64,000 bases of DNA from a virus. A program made the position numbers and the translations under genes. This document shows positions 25,647 through 35,320 of this stretch, one piece after another (position 1 is the stretch's first letter; every line of letters starts with the position of its first letter). Below the pieces are notes generated by a model. The model had not been told where the DNA came from and ran no database searches. It worked only from the letters and a program-made list of their open reading frames with translations. The DNA is taken from IMG/VR virus record IMGVR_UViG_3300048587_000983; one strand, 5' to 3'.

Positions 25647-26111
25647 ATGAGGTTTGCTGAAATCGAGCGGCGCCTTCGCCGCCAGGCCAAGAGATTGCCA
25701 AAAAACGCAAGGTACACAAAACGCACCCAAAAGCTGGAGGTGGACCTTCTTCCCGAAACACGGACGGCCCCCCAGGAGCTAAAAAAGATCAAATCCTTTT
25801 TCAAGCTCGTGGCAAGCATTCCGACGACCCTTCCTGCTGAAGGGCAGATGGTCCTGCAGGCGCTCTTTGACTGTTTCGAGCGGAACGGCAATGTCCAGGA
25901 GGGGATCGTCGAGGAGCTGATGTGGGGTTTTGAGCAGTGCGGCTTTCCCAGAAAGCTGACCGCCCACGGACTCGTCTTCCTTGAAAAAGCCGGCTACGTG
26001 AAATTCCAGACCCGCGATGGTCTCTTCGTGGAGTTCGTTTCGGCAAAGCTTTCGGACAGCTGGATCCGCTACCAGCCCAAGCTTTTGGGGATGGTCTATG
26101 AAGCTGGTTGA
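25647..26111 (+). CDS. Hypothetical protein (possible winged-helix C-terminus)
   Basis: 154 aa, GAGGGG SD. Confidence 0.6.
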   Translation: MRFAEIERRLRRQAKRLPKNARYTKRTQKLEVDLLPETRTAPQELKKIKSFFKLVASIPTTLPAEGQMVLQALFDCFERNGNVQEGIVEELMWGFEQCGFPRKLTAHGLVFLEKAGYVKFQTRDGLFVEFVSAKLSDSWIRYQPKLLGMVYEAG

Positions 26112-27129
26112 GGGTGAGTGTGTCATCAACTATCCTTCGCGGACAGAGCCAAGGAAGCCTCTTAGGGTCCTGCACCTTAGCGATACGCAGCTCTCTGGCA
26201 GCCCCGTGCGAATCTCAAAGCTTTTGAATAAATATAGCGACGGCCGAATCGAATCGAAGCATATCACCTGGCAGCCGACCTTCGGCTACAGGAGCTTCGA
26301 GTGCGATCTCATAGGCATGGATCTGAGGCCGGCGCAGCTCGCGTATCTCGTCTATGAATGGGCGGACGTCATCCACTATCACAACAGATGGCGGCGGCAG
26401 GAGATCTTCAGAAGAATGGAGCTGGCCCCGCCTTGCAGGCCGTCTGTCATCCAAATGCACAGCCCGCGACACGAGGGTGAGGACTTTCGGGATGAGGTCA
26501 ACTCAAAAATCCCTTTGGCCATCATTGCCCAGTATCATGTGCGTCAGTGGCCGGAGCTCTCCTTTATCGTCCCGAATGTCGTCGACATCCACTCCCCGGA
26601 AAACACAAGAGAGCCGCCGCCCGAGGTCGTCAAGCGCCCCGTGGTTTCATTTGCGCCGAGCAATACCAACGGCAGGGGCTGGAACGACAAGGGTTATGGT
26701 GTCGTTGCGCCTGTTCTCAAAAGGATGAAGATTCGGGGCGACATAAGCTTTCAGCTTCTCACGGGTCTGCCCCACCGCGACGTGATGGCTAAAAAAAGAC
26801 TTGCCCATATCGGCATCGATGAGATCGTAACGGGCAGCTACCATCTCAGCAGCCTGGAGTACCTTTCGCTCGGCATCGCCTGCTTTGCCAATATCGACCG
26901 CGCGACGGAAAGAGCCGTGAAGGATCTTACGGGTTGCGAGTGGCTGCCGTGGCTTGCGGCCTCCGAGTCAAACTTTGAAAGTCGCATCAGACACACTGTT
27001 CAGAGCGGAAGCTGGCTTGAGCAGGGGCGTTCCTCACGCCTTTGGATGGAAAGATACTGGAGTCCGGGCCGCCTTATCGAGCACTATGAGCGCATGTACC
27101 ACACTCTTGTCACGAACTTTACTCCGTAG
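26098..27129 (+). CDS. GT-B fold glycosyltransferase (GT4-like)
   Basis: ADVIHYHN; NDKG; GSYHLSSLEYLSLG...C-terminal GT-B helix. Confidence 0.7.
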   Translation: MKLVEGECVINYPSRTEPRKPLRVLHLSDTQLSGSPVRISKLLNKYSDGRIESKHITWQPTFGYRSFECDLIGMDLRPAQLAYLVYEWADVIHYHNRWRRQEIFRRMELAPPCRPSVIQMHSPRHEGEDFRDEVNSKIPLAIIAQYHVRQWPELSFIVPNVVDIHSPENTREPPPEVVKRPVVSFAPSNTNGRGWNDKGYGVVAPVLKRMKIRGDISFQLLTGLPHRDVMAKKRLAHIGIDEIVTGSYHLSSLEYLSLGIACFANIDRATERAVKDLTGCEWLPWLAASESNFESRIRHTVQSGSWLEQGRSSRLWMERYWSPGRLIEHYERMYHTLVTNFTP

Positions 27130-27137
27130 GAGAGTCC

Positions 27138-27467
27138 ATGAACGACAAGCCCTTCGATCCGGATCCCGTGATTGAAGCTCTAAGAATGCCCTATCACGTT
27201 GCGTCGGCCTTTAAAAGCATCTGTCTTGCCGCCCAGGCCTCCGCCCCTGAGGATAAGCTCATACTGATGGCGGCAGCCCAGGAGCACGTCGACAATGAGC
27301 TCGTACGTCTTCGGCTCATCCTTCAAAAGCCAAAGGAAACGTCTCAACCTGATCGGCTTTTCGGAGCTGTCCTCGATCCGGATTACGGCCTGACCGAGGA
27401 GGCTCTGAGCGAGGCTTACCAGATTAGAGATAACCTCCGCCAAAGAAAGGATGGAGGCGAAAAATGA
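27138..27467 (+). CDS. Hypothetical protein
   Basis: 109 aa within GT cluster, AGGAG SD. Confidence 0.6.
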   Translation: MNDKPFDPDPVIEALRMPYHVASAFKSICLAAQASAPEDKLILMAAAQEHVDNELVRLRLILQKPKETSQPDRLFGAVLDPDYGLTEEALSEAYQIRDNLRQRKDGGEK

Positions 27468-29410
27468 AGGTCCTCTTTCACATCCCCTTTCCGGCCGTTG
27501 GCGGTGCGGAAACGCAGATCCAGTATCTTATCCGCCACCTCTCGCCCGGCATCGCTCCCGTGGTTACATACGAATACCCGGAGGTAGAGGCCTTCGTTAA
27601 GTCGCTTCCTCGTGTCGTGGCCTATCGCGTTTTCTCGCCGATGAATCTTGCAAAAGTTATCGACCAGAGTCGCCCCGATGTGATCCATTTCTACCACTCC
27701 CATACCATGTACGGCGCTCTGAAAAAGGCAAGGCATCGCCCGAAGACGGTCGAGGTTGTCCACAATCGTCTCGGCTTTGGCGGTGATTCAACAAGCTACG
27801 CAAAAGACCTGACCGACATCGTCGTCTGCGTATCGCCCGATGCCGAGAAGTATTTCAAATCGAAGATGCCCGATGTCCTGACGAGGGTCATCCCGAACGG
27901 CGTGGACACCTCAGTCTTTACCCCCGCACCGCAGCGGACAAAGCGCGCAATCCCCAAGGGTGGGTTCACGGGACGGCTTGAGGCCGGGTGGGGCAAGGGC
28001 ATCCCGGAGCTGATAAGCCTGATGGCCGGGCAGCCCGCCGAGTTCGAGCTTGTCGGCGTGGACTACGGCGGCTACAAAAAAAAGCTTAAGGACGAGGCAA
28101 TTTTTAACGTCAAGGTCCGCGACTACACGCCCGATACGGTGCGCTACTACCACGACTGGGACTTTTTCGTGAGTTACAGCCCCAGCGAAGGTTTCGGACT
28201 TTCCATAGCCGAGGCCCTGGCTTGCGGCCTCCCAACCCTGGTCTTTAACTGCGGGGGCGTCTGTCACTGGATCGAGCGTGACAAGCATGCCTTCGTCGCT
28301 GACTCGGACAGTGAGATGCGGGCTCTTTTGCCAAAACTATGGTCGCCTGAAGGGGCAACGCTTACCCCTCTTGCGCTCGATCTTTCTGCCGCAAAGATGG
28401 CTCGCGCCTATGAAGAGCTCTGGGTTGATCTTACGCTCGGCCGCATCAGGAAAAACCCAAATCCTCCTCGTGCCGCACGCGGGAGAATTCCCTTAAGCAA
28501 CGCTGTTCTGGGTGTCACGTGCCACGACTGGTGGGGCGTCAGGCGCGCTCTTGATGGGGTGTGTACGAACTTCTCAACGCCGCAGGACGCCGTCCGGACG
28601 ATCAAGCTTACAAGGCCGAAGGTGGTGGTCTTCGGCTGTTATCAGATGGCCTGGGAGAATGTTCTTCATGCGGCAAAGGCTGAGGGCTGCACGACGGTCC
28701 TCACGTGGCACGCGAGCTACATCCTCAACGAATTCAATCACGTCAACCGCGAGTGGATGTTCCATGGGCTCAAAGCCGCAAAGGCCGGGTTTTTCGACTT
28801 CGTGGCGACCCCTCACGAAGGGCTTGCGAAAACATGGACCCATTACGGAATCGAAACCGATTTCCTGCCCAACGTCGTTGCCGCCGAGCTCCACCCTGTG
28901 CCAAAACTTGAGGGTTTTCATGTCGGCATCTGGGGTTCGGGTCAGCCCTGGAAAAATATGGATGCCCAGATAATAGCAGCGGACATGGCGGGAGCCGACG
29001 TGCATATCCAGGCCATCCAGCACCCGCAGTCCCTCGAATCGCTCGGCATCACCCCAAAGCGCCACCCAAGACTTCCATCCGATGAGGCCTACTATCGTCT
29101 TGTCGGGAGCATGCAGATCAACCTTTGCATGAGTCTCAGTGAAGTCTACAGCTACCTGACGGCCGAGAGTCTTCTCATGGGGGTTCCGATCCTGACAACG
29201 CCGATCACTCCGGTGTTAAAGGACGCCCCGGGAATCCTGAACGTTTGCCGCAACCCGCACTTTGAAGACCCTTATGAAATCGCGCAGGCGCTCCGATGTA
29301 TAGCTGAAAACCACGATGCAATATCGAAGGCGGGCCAGCAGCACATGACCGCCCTCAACGAGATGAACAAAGAGATTGCTGCCCGCGTTCGGGCCAAATG
29401 GCTGGAGTAG
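27464..29410 (+). CDS. Tandem (two-module) GT4-like glycosyltransferase
   Basis: GGAE, IPNGVD, FTGRL, EGFGLSIAEALACGLP (E-x7-E); second module EVYSYLTAESLLMGVP. Confidence 0.85.
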   Translation: MKVLFHIPFPAVGGAETQIQYLIRHLSPGIAPVVTYEYPEVEAFVKSLPRVVAYRVFSPMNLAKVIDQSRPDVIHFYHSHTMYGALKKARHRPKTVEVVHNRLGFGGDSTSYAKDLTDIVVCVSPDAEKYFKSKMPDVLTRVIPNGVDTSVFTPAPQRTKRAIPKGGFTGRLEAGWGKGIPELISLMAGQPAEFELVGVDYGGYKKKLKDEAIFNVKVRDYTPDTVRYYHDWDFFVSYSPSEGFGLSIAEALACGLPTLVFNCGGVCHWIERDKHAFVADSDSEMRALLPKLWSPEGATLTPLALDLSAAKMARAYEELWVDLTLGRIRKNPNPPRAARGRIPLSNAVLGVTCHDWWGVRRALDGVCTNFSTPQDAVRTIKLTRPKVVVFGCYQMAWENVLHAAKAEGCTTVLTWHASYILNEFNHVNREWMFHGLKAAKAGFFDFVATPHEGLAKTWTHYGIETDFLPNVVAAELHPVPKLEGFHVGIWGSGQPWKNMDAQIIAADMAGADVHIQAIQHPQSLESLGITPKRHPRLPSDEAYYRLVGSMQINLCMSLSEVYSYLTAESLLMGVPILTTPITPVLKDAPGILNVCRNPHFEDPYEIAQALRCIAENHDAISKAGQQHMTALNEMNKEIAARVRAKWLE

Positions 29411-29412
29411 GC

Positions 29413-30357
29413 ATGAGAGTCGCTCTGATCGACACTGATAAAAACGGCTACGAGTATTCCTTCGCCCCGATTGCCAGACTTCTTCTTGAGGCAGGGCATG
29501 AGGTCATGGCCGTTTATAGCGGTGCCGTCGGCCCGTCCGACCCTCGTGTGCGGTTTGGAAGCTGCAGCTGGGCCCTTTTCGATCTCGCCCCGCTTGTGGC
29601 TTTCGACCCGGATCGCGTCATCATCTTTAATGGTTTTCATAAGGCCATCCATGCCGCCGCCCGCTGCATTGAGCAGAGGTGGCGAACGCTTTATATGGAA
29701 CACGGCTGGCTTCCCCAGAGGGAAAATAACTACATCGACCCAAAGGGGACGGGTGCGAGGAGTTCGCTTTTGACCTCGTGGGAACGTTACAAAGGAAAGC
29801 CGGATCGGGTTTTTGCGACGATGCGCGAGCTCAAGAACATCTATAAGCCCTCGCGCCCCGAAATGCAGCTGCCGCGGAACTATATCCTCGTCCCTCTCCA
29901 GCTGGAGCGCGACACCTCCATCGTCTACGACAGCCCTTACTTCAAGTCGATGGCAAGCCTTGTGGGTTTTGTGCAAAGGCATTTCCCTGACTACCCCCTC
30001 GTTGTAAAGCTCCACCCAATGGACGATACACTTTTCGACTTCAATAACGTGACAATGGTTCCGAAAAACGTGCCTATCAACGATCTCGTGCCAGGGGCGG
30101 AGTTCGTGATTGGGATCAATTCGACAAGCCTCATCGAAGCCCTCGTCCACGGAAAGCGTGTGGGCGCCCTCGGGCTCAGTGTGGCCAGCGGCAAAGGCGT
30201 TTTCTACGAAGGGGATCGCATGTGGAAAAATCCACGAGGAATCCTCAGCTGGGAAGCGGACCCTTCCATTCGTTGGCAGGTGCTCGACGCGCTCTGCCAC
30301 GCGCAGTATCCGCGCGCAAGCCCGCCACGGGCACTACTTCAAAAAATATTCAGCTAG
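29413..30357 (+). CDS. Capsule_synth/KpsS-KpsC-like (beta-Kdo-transferase-like) glycosyltransferase
   Basis: YMEHGWLP...YIDPKG, VPLQLERD, VVKLHP, INSTSLIEAL motifs. Confidence 0.8.
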   Translation: MRVALIDTDKNGYEYSFAPIARLLLEAGHEVMAVYSGAVGPSDPRVRFGSCSWALFDLAPLVAFDPDRVIIFNGFHKAIHAAARCIEQRWRTLYMEHGWLPQRENNYIDPKGTGARSSLLTSWERYKGKPDRVFATMRELKNIYKPSRPEMQLPRNYILVPLQLERDTSIVYDSPYFKSMASLVGFVQRHFPDYPLVVKLHPMDDTLFDFNNVTMVPKNVPINDLVPGAEFVIGINSTSLIEALVHGKRVGALGLSVASGKGVFYEGDRMWKNPRGILSWEADPSIRWQVLDALCHAQYPRASPPRALLQKIFS

Positions 30358-30472
30358 TCGGGTATAAGTATTGTGAAGGAAAAAATACGTTTTTCCGCCT
30401 GCCGCGAGAGATGGGGGCAGACGAAAGAACGGTATAGGCGACGCTGTCGTTGTCATAACTGTGGCTTCGGCC

Positions 30473-30500
30473 GAGCCGCCGGGGCAGCCCGGCTCTTTTT
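30473..30500 (+). terminator. Rho-independent terminator after GT cluster
   Basis: GAGCCG...CGGCTC followed by TTTTT. Confidence 0.55.
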
Positions 30501-30535
30501 AGCTGTGGACTAACCATAACCATAACCATATCCAG

Positions 30536-30856
30536 TTATGAATCCTCCCGCTCGCAGTCCCAATCGCTATTTTGGAGCTTGAGCGCAACCTCTTCAGCCT
30601 TCGCCTCACAAAAGGAAAAATCCCGCAGAGCCTTGCCAATGATGGCGTCGGGTCTACCCTCGTCTGCTTTCCTGTAGACGATCTCACAGGGGAGAACGCC
30701 GTAGGGCTCGGCCTGGATCAGGAGTTTACGGACCACTCCATTTTTTTTACAGATCCACTCCTGCTTCCCCTCTGCCGGGGTTGAGCCCAAAAGCAGAGAC
30801 GCCAAAAAGACAAGTCCTGGCAGACAAAGCCTCGGTCGCCGTGGCCTCAAATCCAT
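30536..30856 (-). CDS. Secreted four-Cys protein of bacterial type
   Basis: Signal peptide; W-x-C...R...PCEIVYRK..EG...C..KA...L...W-x-C pattern. Confidence 0.65.
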   Translation of the reverse strand: MDLRPRRPRLCLPGLVFLASLLLGSTPAEGKQEWICKKNGVVRKLLIQAEPYGVLPCEIVYRKADEGRPDAIIGKALRDFSFCEAKAEEVALKLQNSDWDCEREDS

Positions 30857-30926
30857 GCGTGATCCTTTCAGGATTGCGGTATAAGCTCGTTGGAAAATCC
30901 TATGCTCTAATATTTTCGGAGTCTAA

Positions 30927-32804
30927 ATGAATGTCAAGCTGCTGCGAACCACGCAGGAAGTTCACGAGCTTTTGCCGACAGTCATGGGTAAGCCGGCCTG
31001 GGGTGTTGACTCGGAAACAACAGGCCTCGACCCGCTCGTGGACTCCATACTCATGTTTCAGATCGGCAACTACGACGACCAGTACATCATCGACACGCGA
31101 ACGGCCTCGCTTGAGCCCTTGAGACCTTTCTTTGAGAGCACCTCCCATAAAAAAATCGCCCACAACATGGCCTTTGACTGGAAGATGGTGAAGGCGAACT
31201 ACGGGATCGAGCTTGAAAATATCCGCGATACCTTCCTCGCCGAGCACCTTCTTTTCAACGGGAAAAGGTTCAACGGCTTCGGTCTTGACGACGTCCTCCT
31301 CTCCTATCTCGATGTCGTTATTTCAAAGGAGGAGCGAAAGATCTTCGGCAAGGGGATGATCCACGGCGAGTACAGCCGCGAGTCGATTGAGTACGCCGGC
31401 AACGACGTCAAGTTCCTCCTGCCCCTTGCCCAAAAGCAGTGCGAGGCCCTTTTCCGGGACGACCTCGCCAACGTCTGGCTTCTTGAGTGCGATGTGCTTC
31501 CCTGCTTTTGCGAAATGGAGCTGGAGGGACACTACCTCAACAGTGCCGAGTGGCGAAAGCTTATGGAGATCAATCTCAAAAAACTCCTCGATATTGAGAA
31601 CTACCTCGACGTCATGGCGAGGCCTTACGTCCAAAGCGATCTTTTCGGAAAGCCTGACATCAACTACGCCTCGACCGAGCAGATCCTGGAGCTTCTGCAA
31701 AAGATGGGCGTGACCAAGACCGAGCAGAACCGTAAGACCCGCGTATGGGAACAGGTTCCGCTCAACGACACGAGCAAGAAAACCCTCCTGAAGATAGAAA
31801 ACAACGAGTTCGTGGATGCCATCAAACAGTACCGAGCCCTTAAAAAGAGAATCACCGACTTTGGTCAAACCTTCCTCGACGCCGAGCACCCGGCCACGGG
31901 CCGCATCCACCCCATGTATAAGCAGATGGGCGCTGAAACAGGAAGACCTTCCAAGGCGACCGACGGCAAATTCAACCCGCTCAATATCCCGCGTGACCTG
32001 GAGATGCGGGTGTGCTTTCACGGCGAGCCTTACGAGCTGATTGAAACGGACGATTTTTCCGGCTGTGAGCTTAGGATCTGGGCTGAAATCTCGGGCGATC
32101 CACAGCTCCGCGACGCCTTCAACAGAAAGGTGGACGTTCACTCCTACGCGGCTACAAAATGCTTTGCCCGCGAGGTTTCCAAGAAGGTGAACCCTCACCT
32201 GCGGAATGCGGCCAAGGCGGTGAACTTTGGGATCATCTACGGCATGGGAGTCTATTCCCTTGTCGATCAGATCAATGCCCAGGGCTACCGCGATCCTGAA
32301 GGCCGGCAGATGTCCATCGAAACGGGCCAGGAGCTCTACGACAAGTATATCCAGGAGTTCTCGGTGGGTATCGACTACCTTCGCGCCGTGGGGAGGGAGG
32401 CTGCTGAGAAAGGTTGGGTGAGCGACCTTTTCGGCCGTCGCCGCTACTATCGCCTTCCTGATCCGACCGACGTGGAGAAGTTCCCGCGCGGGCGGCAGGA
32501 CTTCGCCTACAAGGGGCTCATCTCCCGAATCGAGCGACAGGGCGGAAACTTTAAGATTCAGGCCATGAATGCGGAAATGACCAAACTTGCGATGGTGCTT
32601 ATCCGGCAATACGCGCGCAAGAACGGGATCAGGACCAAATTTATGAACCAGGTGTATGATGAAGTTGTAACCAGAACGCACAAGGACGACTCCCCCTCCT
32701 TCGCGCCAGTCAAGAAAAAGCTCATGGAGGAGGCGGCTCACAGGTGGCTTAAAACCGTGCCTATGGAGGTCGAGCAGAATGTCGGGCCCACGTGGACAAA
32801 GTAA
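30927..32804 (+). CDS. polA: DNA polymerase family A (3'-5' exonuclease + polymerase, no 5'-3' exonuclease)
   Basis: DSETTG, HNMAFD, YAGND exo motifs; DFSGCELR (motif A), AKAVNFGIIYG (B), QVYDE (C). Confidence 0.95.
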   Translation: MNVKLLRTTQEVHELLPTVMGKPAWGVDSETTGLDPLVDSILMFQIGNYDDQYIIDTRTASLEPLRPFFESTSHKKIAHNMAFDWKMVKANYGIELENIRDTFLAEHLLFNGKRFNGFGLDDVLLSYLDVVISKEERKIFGKGMIHGEYSRESIEYAGNDVKFLLPLAQKQCEALFRDDLANVWLLECDVLPCFCEMELEGHYLNSAEWRKLMEINLKKLLDIENYLDVMARPYVQSDLFGKPDINYASTEQILELLQKMGVTKTEQNRKTRVWEQVPLNDTSKKTLLKIENNEFVDAIKQYRALKKRITDFGQTFLDAEHPATGRIHPMYKQMGAETGRPSKATDGKFNPLNIPRDLEMRVCFHGEPYELIETDDFSGCELRIWAEISGDPQLRDAFNRKVDVHSYAATKCFAREVSKKVNPHLRNAAKAVNFGIIYGMGVYSLVDQINAQGYRDPEGRQMSIETGQELYDKYIQEFSVGIDYLRAVGREAAEKGWVSDLFGRRRYYRLPDPTDVEKFPRGRQDFAYKGLISRIERQGGNFKIQAMNAEMTKLAMVLIRQYARKNGIRTKFMNQVYDEVVTRTHKDDSPSFAPVKKKLMEEAAHRWLKTVPMEVEQNVGPTWTK

Positions 32805-33150
32805 GACCAACCCTAACCGCCCGCTGCCCCTCCCCGAGGATCGGCCGTGGGCTGCCCTTCCTTTGCAAACAAGACAGGACTTCCGGGTTTTCTTTGCCCT
32901 TCGCGGGGTTCCGGCTTACCGCGTGCTCATCTACCCCAAGCTTCTTATTTTTCAGATCCACCCGCGTTACTTCAGCTGCCTTTATAATGAGTACGAGAAG
33001 AAACCCGAGCACGTCCAGTGGATCGTGGAGCCGATCTCCATGTGGCGTCATGTCCTCGGGCTGCAGGTCTTTGAGGACCACCTTGGGGCTGCTCGAATGA
33101 TTGAAGGGGAAGGTTATGGCGTCATATACCGCGACTCCAGAGACGGCTAG
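32779..33150 (+). CDS. Hypothetical protein
   Basis: 123 aa, overlaps polA end. Confidence 0.5.
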   Translation: MSGPRGQSKTNPNRPLPLPEDRPWAALPLQTRQDFRVFFALRGVPAYRVLIYPKLLIFQIHPRYFSCLYNEYEKKPEHVQWIVEPISMWRHVLGLQVFEDHLGAARMIEGEGYGVIYRDSRDG

Positions 33151-33859
33151 CTGTATTTTCCAACTCGCTGAAGGCAAGGTCTGTGGCGAGACCAAGGTTT
33201 ACGGGACAGGCAAGGACGCTCTTCGTTTTTGCTGGTCTCATTACGCTCTTCGCTGCGCCGAGTGTCAGACGAGGCAGGCCCTGTTTGAATGCGCGATGCT
33301 GACCGACGCGGGTACGGTTTGCCGGGCCCCCATGTGCTCGGTGGAATGCTACAAGGCCCACCAGCAAAAGCACCACCCGGTCTCCCGGCAACCGCTCAAA
33401 AAGAATGTGCCAATTCAAGTCGTATTTGCTGACGGCAGTATATACGACCACGAGGCCTTGGAGAGTGCGCTCGTCGAAGAGATCGTCTTCGAGCATCCCG
33501 TCACCAAAGCTCACGCCAGGTGTCTCAGAAGGCCGGGAGCCAGTCCAGGAGGCGTTCCCGTTTATGCAGAGCTTCCTCAGATCCGAAAGCCGCTCCCGCC
33601 CCCTCTGGAGCTGCCGAGGGTGTCCCCTCAGCCGTCTCCTCAACCCCAGCCCTCTCAAAGGAGCGGAGCGAGCCATCAGCATCATCCGAAAAACGCCGTG
33701 ACGGCATTCTCGCTTCATGTCAGTTGGCTTCTTGCATTGATCGAAACCCGCGACGAGCGCATTTTGAAGGTGCTTTCCGTCGAACACCTTCAGCGCCTTG
33801 AAAAGGTGCTGTGTGAAACAACCATTGCTCTTTTGGAGACAAACAATCATGGTGGCTAA
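33116..33859 (+). CDS. Cys-rich N-terminal Zn-binding hypothetical protein with Pro-rich linker
   Basis: C...C...CWSH, CAEC, C...C..C...C..H. Confidence 0.6.
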   Translation: MASYTATPETASCIFQLAEGKVCGETKVYGTGKDALRFCWSHYALRCAECQTRQALFECAMLTDAGTVCRAPMCSVECYKAHQQKHHPVSRQPLKKNVPIQVVFADGSIYDHEALESALVEEIVFEHPVTKAHARCLRRPGASPGGVPVYAELPQIRKPLPPPLELPRVSPQPSPQPQPSQRSGASHQHHPKNAVTAFSLHVSWLLALIETRDERILKVLSVEHLQRLEKVLCETTIALLETNNHGG

Positions 33860-34079
33860 AACCAACCAATGCCAGCGCTGCAGCAGCACGACGGAGTGCC
33901 GCACGGTTTACCGTCTCGACTTTTCCATCGTTCTCTGCGAAAGCTGCCGGCTCGGGTTTTACAGGGCCGAGTCCAGCTGGTTTTATCCTGAATTCGATTT
34001 TAAAGGAGCCTTCTCTGATGACCAAAAAGAGATCCTTCCACCTTCGTCTTGTCCAGCCCCCTCTTCCGCAGCGGAATGA
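33849..34079 (+). CDS. Small Zn-finger protein
   Basis: CQRC...CESC. Confidence 0.5.
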   Translation: MVAKTNQCQRCSSTTECRTVYRLDFSIVLCESCRLGFYRAESSWFYPEFDFKGAFSDDQKEILPPSSCPAPSSAAE

Positions 34080-34461
34080 AAAAGGTCCTGGTTATGATAC
34101 CGACCCTCATCTGAAAACCCACATGCAGAGCGTTTTCCTTCCTTTCAGCAGGGAGACGCTCTGGCTTCGCATCGAGCCCTGTGTCTGCGGCGGGGCCCAT
34201 CTTTTTTACGTAAGGCTCGTTGACGTTGACGACCTTTGCGACCACAAGCCCTGCCTTCGCGTAAAAGGCAGGATTGCGGAAGAGATCGTCCTCTCGCAAC
34301 ACGTCGAGTACAAGAGAGTCCATAGGTTTTTTGGCATAAGTCCTTTGAGATTGGTTTTAAAACACGTCTTCCGACTGCGGCGAAAGCTTGTCATGCGTGA
34401 TTTTGGTTTGCATCAGTCAACGGTCGTCAAGCAATACTTCGAGGATGCTTTTGGAATTTGA
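34018..34461 (+). CDS. Hypothetical protein
   Basis: 147 aa in + chain. Confidence 0.5.
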   Translation: MTKKRSFHLRLVQPPLPQRNEKGPGYDTDPHLKTHMQSVFLPFSRETLWLRIEPCVCGGAHLFYVRLVDVDDLCDHKPCLRVKGRIAEEIVLSQHVEYKRVHRFFGISPLRLVLKHVFRLRRKLVMRDFGLHQSTVVKQYFEDAFGI

Positions 34462-34520
34462 CTCGTGTATGAATGCTTTGCAGAGAAAATCAGGTCAAGC
34501 ATTCCCATGCAGGAGGCCCT

Positions 34521-35282
34521 ATGAGCATCGTTACAAAAACAGGAGTGGTCTGGGACGTTGAGACCACAGGTCTTGACCCCGAAACATGCGACATCATCGA
34601 GATTGGGGCCGTAAAGTTTGAGTGGGAAGAAGAGGAGACGGACACAGGTCTTCGCATCGGCTCTCCTTCCATAATTTCTGTCTACGGTGGCCTTAGGGAT
34701 CCGGGCAAACCAATCCCTCCTGAGATCACAAAACTCACGGGCATCACCGATAAGGACGTCAAGGGTAAAAGTCTCAGTCAGAACGTTCTCCGCTCCTACG
34801 TCGAGGGCACTGACCTTCACGTCGCGCACAACGCGTTTTTCGATAAAGGCTTTCTTCTTAAAGCCCCGTTTTTCGCTGGGGCCGAAGGGGTGCGGTGGGC
34901 CTGCACGATCAAGCACATCGACTGGATGGAGAAAGGTTTTAAAAGCACGTCGCTCGCCTATCTTGGCTGCGACAATGGGTTTTTGAACCCCTTCCCTCAC
35001 CGCGCGGTCTTTGACTGCGCCTCAACCTTCAGGCTTATGGCTCCACATTTTGGAGAGCTTCTTCAAAACCATACGCAAAGGCTTATGCGGATTTACGCCT
35101 GGCGCTCGCCTTTTCACACCAAGGACACGCTTCGAGAGCGGAAGTATTTCTGGGATCCTGACCTTAAGGTTTGGAAGAAGGAATGCATCGAATCGAAGAT
35201 CGCCGACGAAGTCCAGTTTTTGCAACAAATGGTTTACGGTCATGCCAATTCCGGTCATGAAATCGAAGAGATAGCCATGTAA
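34521..35282 (+). CDS. DEDDh 3'-5' exonuclease (DnaQ/epsilon-like) with C-terminal KD..W..W domain
   Basis: DVETTG, AHNAFFD, HRAVFD motifs; AGGAGG SD. Confidence 0.9.
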   Translation: MSIVTKTGVVWDVETTGLDPETCDIIEIGAVKFEWEEEETDTGLRIGSPSIISVYGGLRDPGKPIPPEITKLTGITDKDVKGKSLSQNVLRSYVEGTDLHVAHNAFFDKGFLLKAPFFAGAEGVRWACTIKHIDWMEKGFKSTSLAYLGCDNGFLNPFPHRAVFDCASTFRLMAPHFGELLQNHTQRLMRIYAWRSPFHTKDTLRERKYFWDPDLKVWKKECIESKIADEVQFLQQMVYGHANSGHEIEEIAM

Positions 35283-35320
35283 ATGTACTGCGCAATGGAT
35301 TAGCCCAAACCGTTATGCGG

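Noticed and set aside
29413-30357. Calling the KpsS-like gene a complete capsule-biosynthesis auxiliary pathway
   Set aside because: No KpsMT/KpsDE export, polymerase or sugar-activation genes; only the transferase is supported
30512-30530. AACCAT x3 tandem microrepeat
   Set aside because: Too short, no associated gene or phase-variation context evident
30927-32804. Intein/intron in polA or a DpoZ-type (2-aminoadenine) polymerase
   Set aside because: 625 aa with contiguous motifs leaves no room for an insertion; no purZ/datZ/mazZ genes in the window, and I cannot assign DpoZ from motifs alone
25273-35301. Shared GCAATGGATT 10-mer in two intergenic regions (about 25273 and 35292)
   Set aside because: Only two copies, and the flanking similarity is explained by a reverse-strand Shine-Dalgarno; compatible with chance
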